DNA of 64,000 nucleotides, taken from Octopus vulgaris. Taxonomy: Eukaryota. Positions 57,402-64,000 of the stretch are shown here, piece after piece. The notes beneath the pieces are model-generated. The model searched no databases. It was not told the origin of the DNA and saw only the letters and a program-made list of their open reading frames with translations. The stretch is taken from positions 110,298,001 to 110,362,000 of the forward strand of contig OX597816.1 in the NCBI GenBank assembly GCA_951406725.2, given 5' to 3'. Numbering within the stretch: the first letter of the stretch is position 1; each line of letters begins with the position of its first letter. Made by a program: the position numbers and the translations under genes.

Positions 57402-57469
57402 TTTCTTGTCTTTGCACATCTTCTAATGACGAAGATGTATTATGGTGCCAGCTGCTCACGACCTCTGAA

Positions 57470-58170
57470 CTAAGGTAACACTCATCATTTTTCGAGCACC
57501 ATCCAGAGTATTTGACCGGTTCCCAATAGTGCTGTTTTCTGCAAGTGCTGCACCTTTGTTGCAGCCATTGTTTATTTCATCTACAACTCAATATTTGTAC
57601 TCACCGTTCACAGGGCTTCGACAATTATAGCTATAGCTACCACCTTTTACATCGACTACAACTGCTTAACTCCCCAAGCTAACCTGTCATATCTATCCAC
57701 TTTTCTTTCTTCCTTATCGCACACTTTGTTGCCAGCTGGGCATGCTATGTGTATAAACCAGGATCGTTTGCTTTCTTTCTAAATTAACACTTTGTCTGAT
57801 TTCCTATGTTATATCACATGGTTACGCTGAATCATAAAATCCCATAGGATCTCTGCATTGTCATTTTCGATGATACCTTCTGGTTCATGATCGTACAACT
57901 ATTTTTGATCTGTCAACTCAATACATGTAGCAAAGTGTCTAATGGACAATCCTTGCTATAATGTCATTTCGTCTCTTATATTCTCTCTGGGCTAGTAGTT
58001 TGCATTTACTGGTAATATTCCTTGCGGTTTCACCATTTAGTCCACACATTCTGCACTTATAACTTTCTGATGTGTTGTCTACTTTGTATTTGATGTAACT
58101 TGTTGTTACTGTTTGTTCTTGAGCAGCAGATATTAGAGCCTCCGTTTCCGGCTTTAAATCACTTTACAAT
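57470..58170 (-). mobile_element. Decayed R4/Dong-like 3' coding region
   Basis: Minus strand retains SDLKPETEALISAAQEQ, KCRMCG, ILWDFMIQ and HLQKTALLGTG.ILWMVL. Confidence 0.8.
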
Positions 58171-58264
58171 TCGTATGCCACTTTGCTATTCGTATGGAAT
58201 GTGGAGTCGTCGCTGAAAACAAGACGATTTTAAAAGTCGACGATTTTCAAACTCCTTATCTTCA

Positions 58265-58638
58265 AGTCTAATCTGTGTTCTCTCATCAGGATAATACTCG
58301 GCAACATACAGCGAGGATGACATTCCAAATACTCGAGCAATTTAAATGGGAAACGATGCCCCACCACCACTATATTTGCTGGACATTGCCTTATCGTATT
58401 ATCACTTATTCCACAGTCTTTAAAATCATTTGGACGGAAAGAATATGAATTCTGTATATCAGATCAAAACAGTACTGGAGGAGTATTTTCCGTCGTGAAC
58501 AAGTGAAGCTTAGAGGACGGGTCTTGCAAGCCTACCGCATAGATGGAAGAGTATTGTAGAAAATGAAGGAAAGTATATTTTAGATTAAAAATTTTGAAAA
58601 TTATTTTAAAAAATGCATTATTTAAGGGATGACTAAAT
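58265..58638 (+). mobile_element. Mariner 3' part with right TIR; second copy at ~61408-61766
   Basis: HQDNTRQHTARMT...WETMPH...DIA...YHLFHSL. The terminal AATGCATTATTTAAGGGATGACTAAATA is complementary to the TIR at 23542. Confidence 0.8.
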
Positions 58639-60163
58639 AATATGCTGTTAAAGTTGATTTAAAATAAATAAACACAAAGTGATTACCTTATTTCTTCTTT
58701 GGCTTCATACGATATATTTTTGGTTCATCGAATTAATTTAAATAAATGGAATAGCACAGGTATACCTGATGTTTTGTTAGAAAAAAGCATTTACTGAATT
58801 ATTTGCATTTAATTGAAATGAAAACATAGAATTATATGTTTTGTTCTAAGCGAATTTAACAGGTGACCGTTTCATTTAATTTTAGCAAATGTATTCATCT
58901 ATCTTCATTCATGCCATTTAACACACGATTTCAAATGTTAAATGTGTAATTGTAGATACTGCGATTTTTATGTGTTTTATGATAACAGTTGGGCATTATA
59001 AAAGTAAGCTAGCATCGTGTGCCAACACTGAAAAAAACATTGTATTTACTTTTATTTCAAATAATTTATTTTTCCGTTGTTTTCAGAACCTGCTTAACAT
59101 GGACAGAATACATGTATGATTTCTTGTCCCAAAATAATTTACTATTCTGGTAAATTCTTTTCTGACACCTGCTTTCTGCTCTGCTACATGCACTTACAAT
59201 AATATTGCATGGTTTCGTTTAGTCATGCAGAAGGAACTTTATGTTCATTTCAGATAGATTTTCTTCATAGTTTAGAATCTATTCTGTTGTAGTATTAATG
59301 AACCATATGCTAGACTAAGTATTTATCTGTTATGTGAATCATGAAACTTTCTGAAGATCTGTGATGTTATGAAATACAGTATATCTACACAATTCCGCCA
59401 ATAAAGTATCATTTAAGTATTATTTGAAGACATTCAAATGAGACAGGGTATTCCAAATATTGTCAGAAAAACCGAATCTGTTTAATAAAAGTGCTAAAAT
59501 TGATATCCATTTTTAGAAGAAATTTTCAATATCTCATCTGAAAAGATACGACACGTTATGTAAGGTATTTGTACACAGATATTAGTAATAAACAGGGTTT
59601 CAATATTTTAAGTGAGTGACTATATCGACATCATACAGATACATGCAAAAATACTGCAGGCAAGGTATATCTGGAAATTGTAATACGGTGTTTATAACAA
59701 GGAAAAGGAAATTAAGCACGAACACGCTTATAATTTGTTTTGAGACGGAACAAATGAAAATTCTGGCATTCAGCATGTAAGCATGAAGATCAGAAAAAGA
59801 TGACATGGAAGAGATCGAGCAGTCCTGAAATCTGAACTAACAACTTGAATCGTCAGATTATCTACTTTGCATTTCCTCATTTATATTTAATTGAAGTATC
59901 AGCTTGTTACTAATGTCTGCTTTAAAGCAGAGATCTGGCAGAACAGTTAGTACGCCAGATGAAAAGCTTGGTGACATTTCATCCGTCTTCAGGTTCTAAA
60001 TTCAAATTCCATAGAGTTGGACTTCCTCTTTAAACCTGTCGTTGGTCGAACAAATGAGTACTACTTGAGTTCTGAAGTCCATATAATAAACTAATCCCTC
60101 ACCACCGCAACTCGTGGTCTTGTGACAAAATTTGAAGTCAAAGTTTGCTTTCAGAATTCAAAT
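58293..60163 (+). repeat. Copy 1 of a ~1.87-kb direct duplication
   Basis: Colinear with 61408-63271, with scattered substitutions and small indels. Confidence 0.95.
59933..60135 (+). mobile_element. SINE family B, decayed (duplicated at ~63041-63244)
   Basis: Head CTGGCAGAACAGTTAGTACGCC, then GTTCTAAATTCAAATTCC, and tail GTCTTGTGACAAAATTTGAA. Confidence 0.6.
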
Positions 60164-60802
60164 TTAGATTTATCTTCTCTTCCATCCTCAGAAACTCATA
60201 TATGTGCGCGCACAGAGAGACACAGAGAGAGACACACACACACAAAACACACACACACACACACACACATACACACACATGTTCACGCACACACGCACAC
60301 GCACAGAATCATGCACGTGCATCTTTTGATTGTTTCATCGATGCAGTCTGGACATATCCGTCAAAGTCGAATTTGCCTTTTATGCTTCCGGCGTTTCTGT
60401 CAAAGTAATAGACCTCGGTATTTTTAAAGGCAGTTATTTATTCTATCGGTCTCATGCCGAATAATTAAGTTACGTAGCTAACTAAACCAATATTATTTGC
60501 CTATTTGTGTGCGCGTCGTGTTGTTGGGGTGATATTTCCAAACATAAAGACAAATAGATACATACGCATAAATACAGCAGGCATTTTTTCAGTTTGCCTC
60601 TACGAAATCCGCTCACAAATCTTTGGTCAGCTCGGGGCTAAATAGGAAGACTCTCATGTAACGTGCCTCGCAGAATCATGAGGCTGGGAAGCAGAGATGT
60701 CACCGCTGACATATTCGTGGTTATCTACACTCAGTCACAACAATACGTATGAGTATATATACGCACATACACACAGACATGTATATATATATATATATAC
60801 GT

Positions 60803-61084
60803 AAACTTAGATAAACTTAGATATGTTTCGACCAAAGATTGGTCCAGGCCATGTCTAACTTAATTGCACCACCTGGTAGGATTATTCGAATCCTGTTTAA
60901 GTCAAGTTTTGTTTATGGTCCATTCAAGTAGTGAGTTCTTGTTGGGTGAGTTGTATCCAATTATGGGTGGCTTATCTGGTATTCGTTGAAGGAATCTATC
61001 CAGACTCCGTTTAAAGTTGATGGGATACTTCTCTTTGATCTCTTTCGGGACAATGTTAAATAGGGCAAGCCTGTTGAGGAAAAG

Positions 61085-61090
<6 letters not shown>
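60803..61090 (-). mobile_element. CR1/L2-like LINE 3' end
   Basis: Minus strand LFNIVPKEIKEKYPINFKRSLDRFLQRIPDKPPIIGYNSPNKNSLLEW, a short 3' UTR with a GACC/GGTC hairpin, and a terminal (ATCTAAGTTT)2 repeat. Confidence 0.75.
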
Positions 61091-61162
<72 letters not shown>

Positions 61163-61264
61163 TATATATTTATTTTTCTTTTATTTTATCTAGTTTCAGC
61201 TGACGAGCTGTGGCCATGCTGGGGCACCGCCATTTGGTGCATGAGAGAGTTCGATGCAACTGCC

Positions 61265-61320
<56 letters not shown>

Positions 61321-61407
61321 TAAATTAGAGATAAAACCACTATTAGGCAAATCAAACAATGAAAAACTTAAGCCAATACGTAAAATTAATTAATTTATAT
61401 TATTTTA

Positions 61408-63271
61408 AATACTCGGCAACATACAGCGAGGATGACATTCCAAATACTGGGGCAATTTAAATGGGAAACGATGCCCCACAACCACTATATTTGCCGGACA
61501 TTGCCTTATCTCATTATCATTTATTCCTCCACAGTCTTTAAAATCATGTGGACGGAAAGAATATGAATTCTGTAGACCAGATCAAAACAGTACTGGAGGA
61601 GTATTTTCCGTCGTGGACAAGTGAAGGTTAGAGGACGGGTCTTGCAAGCCTACCGCATAGATGGAAGAGTATTGTAGAAAATGAAGGAAAGTATATATTT
61701 TAGATTAAAAATTTTGAAAAATAAAAATTATTTTTAAAAATGCATTATTTAAAGGATGACTGAATAACTTATGCTGTTAAAGTTGATTTAAAATAAATAA
61801 ACACAAAGTGATTACCTTATTTCTTCTTTGGCTTCATACGATATAATTTTGGTTCATCGAATTAATTTAAATAAATGGAATAGCGCAGGTATACCTGATG
61901 TTTTGTTAGAAAAATATCGTAAGCATTTACTGAATTATTTGCATTTAATTGAAATGAAAACATAGAATTATATGTTTTGTTCTAAGCGAATTTAAGAGGT
62001 GACCGTTTCATTTAATTTTAGCAGATGTATTCATCTATCTTCATTCATGCCATTTAACACACGATTTCAAATGTTAAATGTGTAATTGTAGATACTGCGA
62101 TGTTTATGTGTTTTATGATAACAGTTGGGCATTATAAAAGTAAGCTGGCATCGTGTGCCAACACTGAAAAAAACATTGTATTTACTTTTATTTCAAATAA
62201 TTTATTTTTCCGTTGTTTTCAGAACCTGCTTAACATGGACAGAATACATGTATGATTTCTTGTCCCAAAATAATTTACTATTCTGGTAAATTCTTTTCTG
62301 ACACCTGCTGTCTGCTCTGCTACATGCACTTAAAATAATATTGCATGGTTTCGTTTAGTCATGCAGAAGGAACTTTATGTTCATTTCAGATAGATTTTCT
62401 TCATAGTATAGAATCTATTCTGTTGTAGTATTAATGAACCATATGCTAGACTAAGTATTTATCTGTTATGTGAATCATGAAACTTTCTCAATATCTGTGA
62501 TGTTATGAAATACAGTATATCTACACAATTCCGCCAATAAAGTATCATTTAAGTATTATTTGAAGACATTCAAATGAAACAGGGTATTCCAAATATTGTC
62601 AGAAAAACCGAATCTGTTTAATAAAAGTGCTAAAATTGATATCCATTTTTAGAAGAAATTTTCAATATCTCATCTGAAAAGATACGACACGTTATGTAAG
62701 GTATTTGTACACAGATATTAGTAATAAACAGGGTTTCAATATTTTAAGTGAGTGACTATATCGACATCATACAGATACATGCAAAAATACTGCAGGCAAG
62801 GTATATCTGGAAATTGTAATACGGTGTTTATAACAAGGAAAAGGAAATTAAGCACGAACACGCTTATAATTTGTTTTGAGACGGAACAAATGAAAGATCA
62901 GAAAAAGATGACATGGAAGAGCTCGAGCAGTCCTGAAATCTGAACTAACAACTTGAATCGTCAGATTATCTAATTTGCATTTCCTCATTTATATTTAATT
63001 GAAGTATCAGCTTGTTACTAATGTCTGCTTTAAAGCAGAGATCTGGCAGAACAGTTAGTACGCCAGATGAAAAGCTTGGTGACATTTCATCCGTCTTCAG
63101 GTTCTAAATTCAAATTCCATAGAGTTGGACTTCCTCTTTAAACCTGTCGTTGGTCGAACAAATGAGTACTACTTGAGTTCTGAAGTCCATATAATAAACT
63201 AATCCCTCACCACCGCAACTCGTGGTCTTGTGACAAAATTTGAAGTCAAAGTTTGCTTTCAGAATTCAAAT
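61408..63271 (+). repeat. Copy 2 of the ~1.87-kb duplication, bracketed by ~240-bp direct repeats
   Basis: Flanks ~61165-61410 and ~63290-63520 are near-identical (SINE tail fragment, (TA)n, PLE-type end). Confidence 0.95.
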
Positions 63272-63396
63272 ATATGTATATATATATGAATATATATTTA
63301 TTTTTCTTTTATTTTATCTAGTTTCAGCTGACGAGCTGTGGCCATGCTGGGGCACCGCCATTTGGTGCATGAGAGAGTTCGATGCAACTGCCCTCG

Positions 63397-63424
<28 letters not shown>

Positions 63425-63430
<6 letters not shown>

Positions 63431-63662
63431 TAAATTAGAGATAACACCACTATTAGGCAAATCAAACAATGAAAAACTTAAGCCAATACATAAAAGTAAT
63501 TAATTTATATTATTTTAAATATATATCAAAAATATTAAAAGTTTAATAAAAGATAATGAGTAAAACACTACGATCGTTTCATGGCTGTCCAATTATTAAT
63601 AATTCGAGTTATGGTTACAGTCAATCATCAGGCAATAGAAATATTTATCTTAGCAAGGTTTA

Positions 63663-63665
<3 letters not shown>
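63425..63665 (-). mobile_element. PLE-type terminal repeat in (TA)n with a hammerhead motif (63566-63634)
   Basis: Minus strand: UGC-CUGAUGA-UUGACUGU-(28 nt)-ACAGCCAU-GAAA-CGAUCG-UA^GUG. Core and palindrome are intact, stems I and II are imperfect. Same 3' block as 12055-12150. Confidence 0.7.
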
Positions 63666-63755
<90 letters not shown>

Positions 63756-64000
63756 ATTGTAAATAAGGAGGATAATATACTATGATACAACTAATCTTAC
63801 CTTTGGATATTCTTATTTAGCAGTTAATAAAGTTACATGAATCATATATCTTATTATACTATATAATAAATAATAAAATTCTTTCATGCCTCTATTAATA
63901 TCTAAACATTTAAAAATTAATGCAAACATGAATTCTGTTTTTAAATTGACGAGGAAGTTTAATATCTGAATTAATTAAAAAAGTGTATGTATATTAAATT

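Noticed and set aside
60822-60848. GACC/GGTC hairpin followed by GAAAC on the minus strand as a hammerhead
   Set aside because: No CUGANGA box; better explained as the 3' stem-loop of the CR1-like LINE.
61198-61232. CTGACGAG as another hammerhead core (also near 63328)
   Set aside because: No stem II followed by GAAA; it is part of a SINE tail fragment.

Overview
AT-rich, microsatellite-laden animal DNA with no intact protein-coding gene that I can support. The SINE families and the (TA)n/(CA)n/(TAA)n load look like an Octopus genome (inferred from pattern, not searched). Most ORFs in the track are microsatellite read-through. Recognisable content is decayed mobile DNA: a solo LTR with a 4-bp TSD, tRNA-derived SINEs, Tc1/mariner remnants, R4/Dong-type RLE LINE fragments at (TAA)n tracts, a CR1-like 3' end, a Helitron-like terminus, and Penelope-like (PLE) RT-linker, GIY-YIG and terminal-repeat fragments. 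The most interesting signal is a cluster of features at (TA)n tracts. Short PLE-type terminal repeats there carry minimal type I hammerhead ribozymes (intact cores at 12150-12193 and 40837-40871). The 3' half of U6 snRNA is fused through its TTTTT end to a 56-nt tail, like a U6/L1 chimera. Several fold-back palindromes and local duplications (21 bp to 1.9 kb) end at (TA)n or PLE-repeat junctions. I infer a ribozyme-bearing, (TA)n-targeting retroelement system that captures cellular RNA and neighbouring DNA. Coordinates were read by eye; ends of decayed elements are approximate.
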